Below are positions 30,001 to 37,269 of a stretch of DNA of 64,000 bases, in pieces (the stretch's first letter is position 1; each line of letters begins with the position of its first letter). Source of the DNA: Chthonomonadales bacterium. GTDB lineage: Bacteria; Armatimonadota; Chthonomonadetes; Chthonomonadales; CAJBBX01. The stretch lies in NCBI GenBank assembly GCA_037443035.1, contig JBBIPC010000002.1, forward strand, positions 128,001 to 192,000, in the 5' to 3' direction. Below the pieces are notes generated by a model that worked only from the letters and a program-made list of their open reading frames with translations, ran no database searches and was not told the DNA's origin. The position numbers and the translations under genes were made by a program.

Positions 30001-31641
30001 CGACAGAAAAAGCTCGCCGCACAGGAGGAGGCTAAGGCTCTACCCGAAGGCCATGCGAAGGCAGGCGCAGCAGAGGCCGAGACCGCGGCCCTGAAGGCTG
30101 CGAAAGGCGACGAGCCAGAGGCGACCGCCAAGGGCAAACCCGACAAGAGAATCGTCGAAGAAGCCGCTGCCAAGGAGAAGCCGCTCAAGGCCGCCGTCCA
30201 GCATGGCCTGGACGAGGCGAAGAAGGTAGGAGATTGGGACGCTCTACTGCAGAAGTATGGTGCAGCATCCAAGGTTGCCAAGGACGCCCACGAAGCACGC
30301 TCAGAGATCATCCGGAAGATCTGCCAAGAGCACGGAGCGACCGCAACGGGCACCAAGGGACCGGCCAGCGACATTGACGTCACATTCCCCACAGAGCGCG
30401 CGCTCCACAAAGCGAGAGCCGAGATGGAGAAGCAGTACGGCAAGAACTGGGACCGCATGTTCAAGGCCAGCTTCAACTCGGATGTCATGCGTGCGCACGC
30501 TCATCTGGATCCGCGCCTGCAGCTCACCCCAGAGCAGCGGACCGCTATCGAGGCCCAGCTATCCAAGACGAGTGAGCGGCTGATACTCCAACGGCTCAAG
30601 GAAGCAGGATCCCACAGCGACGTAGCGAGAGCAGCGTTCAAAGAAGAGGCAGCACGTCTCGGACTCCACAAGAGCGAAGTCGAGATACCGCGCCTTACCA
30701 AAGCCGAGGTCCGCACGCTCGAACTGCAGCAAGACAACGCCATGCGCAACTACGAGAAGACCCTGAAAACACTGGAAGCGGCTCGGGCACGTGGCAATAC
30801 CTCGCCTGAAGAGTTGGCAGCCCTGCAAGCCAAGGCGATCAAACAGAGCATCGCCATAACCGAGCGCCAGATGCGGATCAACCAGGCCTACCCCGACCGC
30901 TATCTGACACCCGGAGGAGTCAAGGGCACCGTCTCGGCAGAGGTGTTGGGCAAGTTCGACAGGACAGCGTATGCCCAGAAGCAGTACGAGGCCCTTGCGC
31001 GCCAGCAGGATCCTAGGGCGCCGGCGGATCCCAAAGAGCTCTGGAAAGAAGCCTACAGACGGGCGCGACAGGAAGAGAAGCGGACAGCCGAGTTCCGCGC
31101 ACAGTTCCAGGGCTTGACGCCACACGAAGCGTACCAGCGGGCTCTGATGGAACGGCTGGAGTTTGTGGAACAGATAGCCAAGGCCGAGCAGGCCATCCGA
31201 CAGGAGCTCGGCACGGGTGCAAAGGTCACCACAGAGGAAGTCCTGCAGCGCGCGGCAGCGCGCTACGAGCTGTCCAAGTACGCCTATCGAGCCATGGAGA
31301 CCGCCAAGAAGCTCGGTATCGGGGTGCCCGAGGACCTGCTCAAGACGGCCAAGGAGATCTACAAACCACCAGAGTCCGTCGGTGGCACCGCCGCGCGAGA
31401 GCAACAGATGCGGGAGGTCTTCGGCATCAAGAAGGGTTCGGCCGAGTCGGCCAAGCTGCCGTCGGAGGTGAACTCCCGCATGGTCCTTTACGCTAGTCTC
31501 CTAGACCGAACACAGAAACAGATCATCGAGAAACTGCATGGCATGGTCCAAGCCAGTATGGGTCTACCGGATCTCCCGTTCAAGCAGAGCCACGACGTGA
31601 GGAAGCTGGGCAGCAAGCCAGCCAGCCTGAAAGACCAATGA
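24049..31641 (+). CDS. Giant multidomain CIS protein: lipase-like, tape-measure-like repeats, DUF4157 and putative C-terminal toxin region
   Basis: GHSQG at 24637-24651; Trp every 11 residues around 25350-25680; DUF4157 signature FGQDFSQVRIHTD...ARAFTIGSDVFF...LLAHELTHVIQQ at about 28140-28335; GTKGPASDIDVTF at 30349-30387. Start uncertain (24013/24049/24139). Confidence 0.85.
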   Translation: MASIAEHTKIGSAGIAAAEFARQRLAGRTAMGFLTSVGTDVAKIGERSSTWLASVANAYYQWQQDKARDGAVTEPAYPDSYRGPKYSTWEEALQHDTRTILFVNGMNTTFADHERHKRLLAQRTGRPVVGVYNWPGTPTAYSRHDIVQYIGSLLDVKQPLLDAAGRSSSNAATQTLERLLKLYATTRTPSAPLRVIGHSQGSLIAATALRDVPAARSHVDFEARGTMLGSVPRGLHGFHAHVHEDDLVARLSRPFVSTIQSPYVWLGTDEKTLPRTEVGGTGGHALEGYPLGPEFIPMDRATDAGTLERYLVLVGIPRQRAVIIAQRVIHMREIIRRCRAAAGSIVRFVAARVVERWLAARTRSLRVWLSVRSRVRTLLEDTRRRAQQGLAHALESGRRLLARARQMVRRLQQWARERIRQAVARAEASIRRAWDWARNAASNVWAWVRSKTRFLPWDWAGEKVRGIWNAAKSVAERERTFVRSLRRATLDFLRERTQALWEWATTAAADLWHRAVEAAGRAWDFARSLATRLWHTAEAISRRLTEGARSYAERLRQEALDKINACWKSLPPGVRNLVLPGVSMVRRLLGAGREGARTYRRWIRSALGRLWSFAKGPVGRAAKWLRSAAGKAWDFARSLLARGHDVARGVRTIAGRAWDWGRKRLGPLWNIARSSVRRLLQRGLTGARRLAEFGRTVARGILGRLGPGAAHLARQLVRVLGPVVGGPAWVARQLGRWAGERFGRLLRGDPRARSVVRGIRVVSQRLARLAREGPGGMAVRLGRFVGRTFGEMLRSVTSGHGTRSSRAGRIIGRLLRVVSGGFLPEAARWAGTLLGRLVRRAMERPGILGQWAGRVVGRLLVTARSAAHGLDRATGGMLGRLVSRLAHGAGTAGQFIGNLLGRAAEAVAEGRDRLGQFVGGLVGRLLGTASRTADRARETTGRMLGRLLGAGLQALRRADSLSGGLLGRALGAGARGARIVGRLVGQLAGHLFGSATQTAQLVGGLARDVLGRLFSRAAKGAGVLGRLAGTVVGRIVVRARERFGAVSGTLGNLAARGIGVLVRGIGTARSVGGELLGRAVGSGMRAVARLRAFIGRGMSIAVRTYRRVLVAQRHLVSPIGQALAGIAARVGRLVTGTAERLGPLARGALRVAGGLARAAGGAIGRLAHRTGDFASRTARRVLASARTLARPLVDAARPVVRTVRALVGSAATRASDIGRRAAAPALSLARRVGSLVGGLASGLLGPATRILPRPPGGAARPFTGPLTASGAALGRSLGTTAGSLVTIVAHRSTAPPSVTRTIAGAASAVGSFVGRVARGFGLFRDALPGVGGPDQYLDAEAMRRRLIAGGSTGALLHGPTRQTMEQHFGQDFSQVRIHTDPTAGTAASAMGARAFTIGSDVFFGPGRYDPHSPRGQELLAHELTHVIQQTSGRIQGLSPFSRQGGDTLEQEAQLAAKHVLARVGRPKGLRVDDYARTYETEDDAEITAADQKRLDTISLMALQMVEQSMLQKGYKLEAEVPSLDVDIELNLGELSDQQAAMIWADAISARLIEEQQRPRIEVPAPAPRLMRAPDKPEPQKPRLTLTEEAKAAIARDVDAITKNVRSWWRKPAQMVEPLRRWYEEDKRLFGALGTPHLDWLIFQMHQRIFDKGTVITRFTSTLDEVERYLADRPEGAAFKFYKSMSQRWKSYTPAKEMEGVVSYIAKREAYAGWMILKGMGTALTGLADVGLWAFWKTSGWPLRKVLQKFGIKDDKLYLTPYIDKKFDESADIIARELGIDANEQLFGKVSLKTFSEAGGKVVGGLMTAGALGQVAKAGQAAQVAGNLEKARKIQLGLQAVNVTQGLQQVEQLHDKVKQLREGPPPLSWSDIVKRPDVWAQVVGIMGTAVGAKMSWSQAKGMISKTAEKIGLALNAAQVALLTGAYAAVDDDPTLSPDEKQKAKAEILSQIVTTGALMADSVWGAKYEAWKQKRAEARQQQAEATRQKKLAAQEEAKALPEGHAKAGAAEAETAALKAAKGDEPEATAKGKPDKRIVEEAAAKEKPLKAAVQHGLDEAKKVGDWDALLQKYGAASKVAKDAHEARSEIIRKICQEHGATATGTKGPASDIDVTFPTERALHKARAEMEKQYGKNWDRMFKASFNSDVMRAHAHLDPRLQLTPEQRTAIEAQLSKTSERLILQRLKEAGSHSDVARAAFKEEAARLGLHKSEVEIPRLTKAEVRTLELQQDNAMRNYEKTLKTLEAARARGNTSPEELAALQAKAIKQSIAITERQMRINQAYPDRYLTPGGVKGTVSAEVLGKFDRTAYAQKQYEALARQQDPRAPADPKELWKEAYRRARQEEKRTAEFRAQFQGLTPHEAYQRALMERLEFVEQIAKAEQAIRQELGTGAKVTTEEVLQRAAARYELSKYAYRAMETAKKLGIGVPEDLLKTAKEIYKPPESVGGTAAREQQMREVFGIKKGSAESAKLPSEVNSRMVLYASLLDRTQKQIIEKLHGMVQASMGLPDLPFKQSHDVRKLGSKPASLKDQ

Positions 31642-31654
31642 GGGATGTGACAGT

Positions 31655-31984
31655 ATGGCGATTCGCATCAAGCGGCTCCACTGCCGCGTAATGGTGAAAA
31701 CCGGTGGCAAGAGCCGTCCCATCCTCGCCAAGGATGAGAAGCGGCCCACGCCGTCGCTCGCTTTCGCGATGCCGTCAGCCCGGCCACGAACCGAGGGCGC
31801 TGGACAGGAGCCGGCCGTGAGCGCCATCGAGGAAAAGGGTGCCGCAGCCGGCCGGAAGCCGCGAATCGACCCGCGGCGGGTGGATCCCAAGCTCGTCGCC
31901 GACAGGGTCTACGATCTGATGATGAAAGAACTCCACCTTGCTCGCGAGCGAGGCGAGGTGAAGTACGGAGGGATGCGACCATGA
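31655..31984 (+). CDS. Small CIS-associated hypothetical protein
   Basis: Sits between the giant gene and tube 2 and overlaps the next start; C-terminal VADRVYDLMMKELHLARERG. Confidence 0.75.
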   Translation: MAIRIKRLHCRVMVKTGGKSRPILAKDEKRPTPSLAFAMPSARPRTEGAGQEPAVSAIEEKGAAAGRKPRIDPRRVDPKLVADRVYDLMMKELHLARERGEVKYGGMRP

Positions 31985-32481
31985 GATCAGGCAGTGCCAG
32001 CAGCGACCGAAGGGGACGCGACGAGCATATTGGCCTGCGCTTCTGGGTGCAGATAGACGGGGTGGAGGTGGCGGGCTTCTGTGAATGCTCGCCTATCACC
32101 ATCGAAACAGAGACGTTCGACTATCCAGAAGGCGGACTGAACACCTTCGTCCACCGTCTGCCCGTCCGCACTAAGTATGGCAACATCACCCTGAAGCGGG
32201 GTCTGGATCCTGGGCAGGATCTTTTTCGCTGGTTCATGTCCACGCTGGACGGCAATACGCGGCGCAGGAATGTCACCATCAGCATCTACGGCCCGCAAGG
32301 GAATAGTCCCGTGGAGGAATGGCACCTGCGCGGGGCCTATCCCGTGAAATGGACGGGTCCTGACCTCAAGACAGAGACCGGTGCTATCGCCGTCGAATCG
32401 CTCGAGTTCGCCTTCGAAAGCCTGGTTAGTAATAACCTGGGCACCGGGCCAGGAGCTTCTCACAGTGGCTTTCAGCGCTAA
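31981..32481 (+). CDS. Second tail tube protein (gp19-like)
   Basis: FWVQIDG..VAGF.EC, EGGLNTFVHRLP, NITLKRG, AYPVKWTGPDL, IAVESLEF. Confidence 0.93.
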   Translation: MRSGSASSDRRGRDEHIGLRFWVQIDGVEVAGFCECSPITIETETFDYPEGGLNTFVHRLPVRTKYGNITLKRGLDPGQDLFRWFMSTLDGNTRRRNVTISIYGPQGNSPVEEWHLRGAYPVKWTGPDLKTETGAIAVESLEFAFESLVSNNLGTGPGASHSGFQR

Positions 32482-32572
32482 CAACACTGCGCGAGGTTCC
32501 GCCAAGCGGCCGCCTGTATTGGGCTGGGCATGGCGGAAACTTGGCCCTTCGGGAGAGAGGAGGGCTTAGGGG

Positions 32573-35500
32573 ATGGCCCTATCGGAACAGAAGCTTCGGG
32601 AGCTCGCCGAAATCGAGCCGCCACGCTTTCTGGAGCGGATCGCGGATTTCCTCGCCGACTTGACGCTGCGCACTTCCGGCACGGCAGTGCTCGAGCGAGC
32701 TCAGGAGGGTGCAGGCCGCCCCATCGGCAGCGTTGGCTTGAACGCCGAGTCCTTCGGCATGTTGCTTTCCCACCGGGCAGCATTCCATGGCGTAGCCGAT
32801 CCTGTACAAGGCTTGTACCGCCTGATGAAACCCTACCAGGTCGGCCCTTACGAGCTCCGACAGTTCACCATGTGGCTGGTGAAGTTTCATGACAAGCTCT
32901 CTGAAACCGAGGTGCTCCGAGAGCCTCCCGTGGTGGCGGCGGCACCTCAAGCAGAGCCAGCACGCCCCGGCGTCTCACGCGAAGCCGTCGCTCCTGCCCC
33001 ATCACCGCCATCTGCGTACCGCTTGCCCGCCGTTGCCGTGGCCGGAGCTGTCGTCTCAGAGACGGAGTTGGCGAGAGGAAGCCGGCGGCGCGTTCGCATA
33101 GTTCGAGGCCCTGGACATCCCTATGAGGAAGTCGTAGAGGAGGTTCCCGCCGGATCCAGACGAGCGATTCAGAGACCTGCTGGTGGAGGAGGGGCGGAAA
33201 GTACGGCCTCAGCCGAAGCAAGGCCAGCGGCGTCACAGCCGACTCGAGAGCCGGATGTCATCAGCCGAGCATGGCAGGCTGGTCACAGGAGTGGGCCGCC
33301 CGCGGGCATACCGCCAGAAGTCGAAGTGGCGCCTTCCACTGCAAAGCGCGTTGCCATGAGGACATTGTGGCTGTCCAATCTCAGCATGGCCAGCGCTGCG
33401 GCCGGCGTCATGATCGGACGGTCTGTGGCTCCGGCCACCATGGCCGCCCGACTCACGTCGCCAGCGACACTCGGGGTGGCCGGTCCGGCGGCCACCGGCA
33501 GCATGCTTCAACCACCGTACATGTCGTTCCCGCTCAGTCATCCGCCGGTGAGTACGGCCTCGTGGCTCGGTGTTGCCCCGCCGGCCCCCTATCCAGCCGA
33601 GTTCGTGCCCATGCCGGGTGCTCCCGCTCCGCTTCGGAGTCTTGTCGTGCCCCAGCCAGCGTTCGAGCGCCCGTCCATAGTGGCCATGCCCAGCTTCGGT
33701 GTCCAGATGCCGGTCCTGCCGGGTCGTGAGGCACTGAGCATCTACGAGACAGCCCACCAGGCATATACAGGTACGGCGGACGTCCACCCGCGTGGTAGGC
33801 CACGAGGCACAAGGGGCGCGCTCGAAGACGCTCTCCAACCCACCGCAGAGGCATCCATCCACCCTAGTCCTGCCCCGCAGCGCGGACCATCACCGATACC
33901 CGGACTGCTGGCTGCGGGGCTGGCGGGATTCCTACTTGGACGACTGACGTCTCGCGGTGGCGGCCAACCTGTACTAGGTCCCCCGGTATACGATCTGTTC
34001 GCCGAGCCTGTGCCATCACGCACCGGAGTCCCTCGGCTCCGCATCTTCTCAGTTTCGCTACCAGGATCGCTCGAAGCGACGCTCGTCGCACCAGGCGCAG
34101 GTCCCACAGCCGTTGGCGGGACACCTGGCGGTGCCTTCCTCCAGGTCGGGATACCGTTGCTCGGTGCCGGTCCCTCGCTAGGACGCAGATTGGGTACCGC
34201 GCCTGGAATGACTGTGCCTTCTCCCATGGACATTCTTGGTGGCACAGTTGCTGCCCGAGGAGGGCCAGCCGCATCCGCGCCGATTCGGGTGCCGAGCCAG
34301 GTCCTGCCGCGACTTGGAGAAGTCACCCTTATCGCTCCCCCCATGGCGGTAGCATCGGAAGCTGCCGAGCGCCGAGGAAGTGCCGTGGCGTTCGATTGGA
34401 AGGCCCTCGCTCGTGCATCCGGTCCGCTGGACCAGACGGGACTTCGCCGACTGCGCGAAGCTCTGCCGGAGGGGACTCAGGCGATCTACCCAGCTATCCC
34501 TCGCCAGGACCTGCCTGCGGGAGCCGTGAACCTTCGCTTGGCACCTTCGCTGCTACGACCGTTGTTGACCCAAGCGTACGGCTCGCATGCAGCCGGCATC
34601 GCGGGAGCCGCGGCTTCGACCGCCTCCGCCATCGATGTCACACCCCTGTCTGCAGCGCCTACTCCGGCGCGTATCGTACCGGTCAGGCGACCGGCAGGGG
34701 CAGCGGAATCGGTGCTTCCGAGCCCCACACCATCCGTGGCCGGAGCGCTGCAGGAGGCCGGTGCCGGCCAGGCCAGGCGGTCGCCCATGCTCGACTTCCT
34801 GGGGGTGCCAGTCCGTCTCGCCCCCAGCCTTGCGGGACGCGCAGAGCTTCGAGATGAGCTGGCGGCTCGTGGCCTAGCCACACAGGGCGCAACCCCTCAG
34901 GTCGTGCGACCTCACCTGTTCCAGGCACTGCGGGAGCAGGTATTCCCGGGAGTGCAAGCCATTCACGCGGAACCCGACCGCTCGGCTTGGCGCAAGGCTG
35001 CGCCGCACTTCGGCCTCAGAGACTCTGAGCCGACAACGGTTCTTTCGCCTGACGCCCGCATCAAGCCTCCGAGGGCCGACGCGCCGTTGCCCCAACTCCA
35101 TACTGGCGCGCCGTCGCCGGTCCTTCGTCCGTGGCTCGCTCAGACTGTCGCCGAACGGAGTGCCGGGGCCGTACCCATGTCCTTGGCTGCCGCACCGAGG
35201 CTCGCCGAGGCGTTTGGTATGCCTTCTCACAGACCTCTGCATACAACCGGCCGGGTCTCGGAGCCACATCTCGGGATGGATGAGCGCTTCGAGCCGTTCG
35301 CCTCTCCGATGACGGTGCCAATCGGCATACGGGGCATGCCGGGTATGCCGGCTGAGCGGCCTGTACGCTCGCTATGGCCCGCGCCAGAGCCTGACCCTCG
35401 GTCCCCACAGGACCGGAGCCCAGTCCATCTGCCACCCGTGGAAGCACACGGCCGCGTGAGGATCCCAGAAAGCGCTCCCGCTGAGCACGGCGCTCCACCG

Positions 35501-36505
35501 GCACCGTTGTTCTCCGTGAGTGGAGTGCGGCTGGCCGACCGGTCGCCATTGTCGCCTGACCAACTCCCCTCGCTACCTGGCTTACCGGCGCGACCTGCCA
35601 TGCCTGCGTCAGAGCTGGCCAGTCGCCCGTTGTTACCGAGCCTGCGAACAGAATGGCACCAAGGTATCGAACTACCTGGGGCAAGACCAGAGATCCGGCC
35701 GGCGTTCAGGAGTAGTCTGCCCATGGCGATCAGTCTGCCGGGGATCACCCAAGCCCGACATCCTGCGCTCGCATCCGACTCGCTTCCGTCAGCCGGAACG
35801 CTTGACACAGCCACACGCGTGGCCGCAGGACCAATGGAGCAGAGGGTGGCGCGCCCGCTGGTTTCACCGGCACCGTTCGGCGTTCCGATGCTCGCACCGA
35901 TCCCACTGCCGATCTTCGCCAGCACGGCGCAGCGACCGGCGCTCGGCCCAATGCGAAGCGCACCAATGCACCAGACGCTGCCGCAGCCGGACAGGCGGCC
36001 CGCAGAAGGACCTGCGGCCTTACAGCTCGCCGTGCACACGGTTCTGGGCGGTCCACAGCCTTCTGCCACGCCTCTCATGCCAACGAGTCCTGTGCAGCTT
36101 CCCCTGCCGGCTGCGCGTGTGGACATTCCACCCATCGAGCCGCCGCCTATGCCCCTGCCAGGCGCCGGCGAACCGGCATCGCCAGTCGCACTGCGCAGCC
36201 GGGCATCCTCGGTTGTTTCCCACGCACCTCGGCGGTACTACGCCTCGGTGGATGCAGGTCCCGCACGACGGGTAACGGTTCAGAAAGCCACATCGGAAAC
36301 AGCAGGCATCGTTGGCGGGCCTCACCAACCGCTGCCAAGTCCGCATCGCGCCCGACAGATGCCTACCGACACGCAGCGTGCTTCCATCCTGTCCTCGCGT
36401 GAAGAGGGCATGACCGCAAACGAAGTGTTTCTCCTCGCCAATGACGTTTGGGCGATTCTCAAACGACGACTACAGTGGGAGGCGGACCGGCGTGGCCGGT
36501 GGTAA
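32573..36505 (+). CDS. Large Pro/Ala-rich CIS-associated protein with short folded-looking termini
   Basis: 1310-aa ORF co-oriented in the operon; low-complexity middle; C-terminal LLANDVWAILKRRLQWEADRRGRW. Confidence 0.75.
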   Translation: MALSEQKLRELAEIEPPRFLERIADFLADLTLRTSGTAVLERAQEGAGRPIGSVGLNAESFGMLLSHRAAFHGVADPVQGLYRLMKPYQVGPYELRQFTMWLVKFHDKLSETEVLREPPVVAAAPQAEPARPGVSREAVAPAPSPPSAYRLPAVAVAGAVVSETELARGSRRRVRIVRGPGHPYEEVVEEVPAGSRRAIQRPAGGGGAESTASAEARPAASQPTREPDVISRAWQAGHRSGPPAGIPPEVEVAPSTAKRVAMRTLWLSNLSMASAAAGVMIGRSVAPATMAARLTSPATLGVAGPAATGSMLQPPYMSFPLSHPPVSTASWLGVAPPAPYPAEFVPMPGAPAPLRSLVVPQPAFERPSIVAMPSFGVQMPVLPGREALSIYETAHQAYTGTADVHPRGRPRGTRGALEDALQPTAEASIHPSPAPQRGPSPIPGLLAAGLAGFLLGRLTSRGGGQPVLGPPVYDLFAEPVPSRTGVPRLRIFSVSLPGSLEATLVAPGAGPTAVGGTPGGAFLQVGIPLLGAGPSLGRRLGTAPGMTVPSPMDILGGTVAARGGPAASAPIRVPSQVLPRLGEVTLIAPPMAVASEAAERRGSAVAFDWKALARASGPLDQTGLRRLREALPEGTQAIYPAIPRQDLPAGAVNLRLAPSLLRPLLTQAYGSHAAGIAGAAASTASAIDVTPLSAAPTPARIVPVRRPAGAAESVLPSPTPSVAGALQEAGAGQARRSPMLDFLGVPVRLAPSLAGRAELRDELAARGLATQGATPQVVRPHLFQALREQVFPGVQAIHAEPDRSAWRKAAPHFGLRDSEPTTVLSPDARIKPPRADAPLPQLHTGAPSPVLRPWLAQTVAERSAGAVPMSLAAAPRLAEAFGMPSHRPLHTTGRVSEPHLGMDERFEPFASPMTVPIGIRGMPGMPAERPVRSLWPAPEPDPRSPQDRSPVHLPPVEAHGRVRIPESAPAEHGAPPAPLFSVSGVRLADRSPLSPDQLPSLPGLPARPAMPASELASRPLLPSLRTEWHQGIELPGARPEIRPAFRSSLPMAISLPGITQARHPALASDSLPSAGTLDTATRVAAGPMEQRVARPLVSPAPFGVPMLAPIPLPIFASTAQRPALGPMRSAPMHQTLPQPDRRPAEGPAALQLAVHTVLGGPQPSATPLMPTSPVQLPLPAARVDIPPIEPPPMPLPGAGEPASPVALRSRASSVVSHAPRRYYASVDAGPARRVTVQKATSETAGIVGGPHQPLPSPHRARQMPTDTQRASILSSREEGMTANEVFLLANDVWAILKRRLQWEADRRGRW

Positions 36506-36550
36506 CTGAAGCGCGATGCCGCCTCGAGAGAACGAAGGAAAGGTACAGCC

Positions 36551-37201
36551 ATGGGACTGACCAAAGCCAAGATCATCAACGAAGACACCCGCGAGGTCAT
36601 CGAGTGTCTGTTCAATCCCACCGAGTACACCATCGCCAAAGCCAACTCGTGGCAGCCGAAGCCGGTCGTCGGCAAGAACGTTCCGAAGCTGGACTTCACC
36701 GGCGGCGGTTCTCGCACGCTGGATCTCGAGCTATTCCTCGATGTCTTCGAGCAGAAGGGCGCCGATGTCCGCACCTACACGGACAAGCTTTGGAAGCTGA
36801 CCATGATCGACGAGTCCAAGAAGCACCCGAAAACACGTCGTTCACGGCCACCTCTGTGCACATTCCAATGGGGCGGGAACTGGAGCTTCAAGGCGGCGAT
36901 CACCAATCTCTCCATCCGCTACACGCTGTTCAGGGACGATGGTAAGCCGGTCAGGGCAGTGGCACATGTCACCATGCAGGAGGCGGAGGACGATACAGAA
37001 CAGCGGCGCACCAACCCCACCTCGGGCTCCGAACCCGGACGGAAGCGGCGCGAGGTCCGACCACACGATACCCTCGCACTGATCGCTTTCGAGGAATACG
37101 GAGACGCTGGGCAGTGGCGCCGTATCGCTCAGGCCAACAATCTGGCGGACCCCATGGACCTCCGCCCGGGTCAGATACTGACCATACCGCCCCTTACGTG
37201 A
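36551..37201 (+). CDS. CIS tube initiator with C-terminal LysM (Afp7/Pvc7-like)
   Basis: FNPTEYTIAK, PPLCTFQWG, YTLF..DG.PVRA; LysM DTLALIAFEEYGD...WRRIAQAN...DLRPGQILTIP. Confidence 0.92.
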   Translation: MGLTKAKIINEDTREVIECLFNPTEYTIAKANSWQPKPVVGKNVPKLDFTGGGSRTLDLELFLDVFEQKGADVRTYTDKLWKLTMIDESKKHPKTRRSRPPLCTFQWGGNWSFKAAITNLSIRYTLFRDDGKPVRAVAHVTMQEAEDDTEQRRTNPTSGSEPGRKRREVRPHDTLALIAFEEYGDAGQWRRIAQANNLADPMDLRPGQILTIPPLT

Positions 37202-37269
37202 GCAGCAACAGGCGATCCAGGAAGGTCGAGGCCCTTTGAGCACAGCGTTCGAGTACGGAGGCAGAAGCG

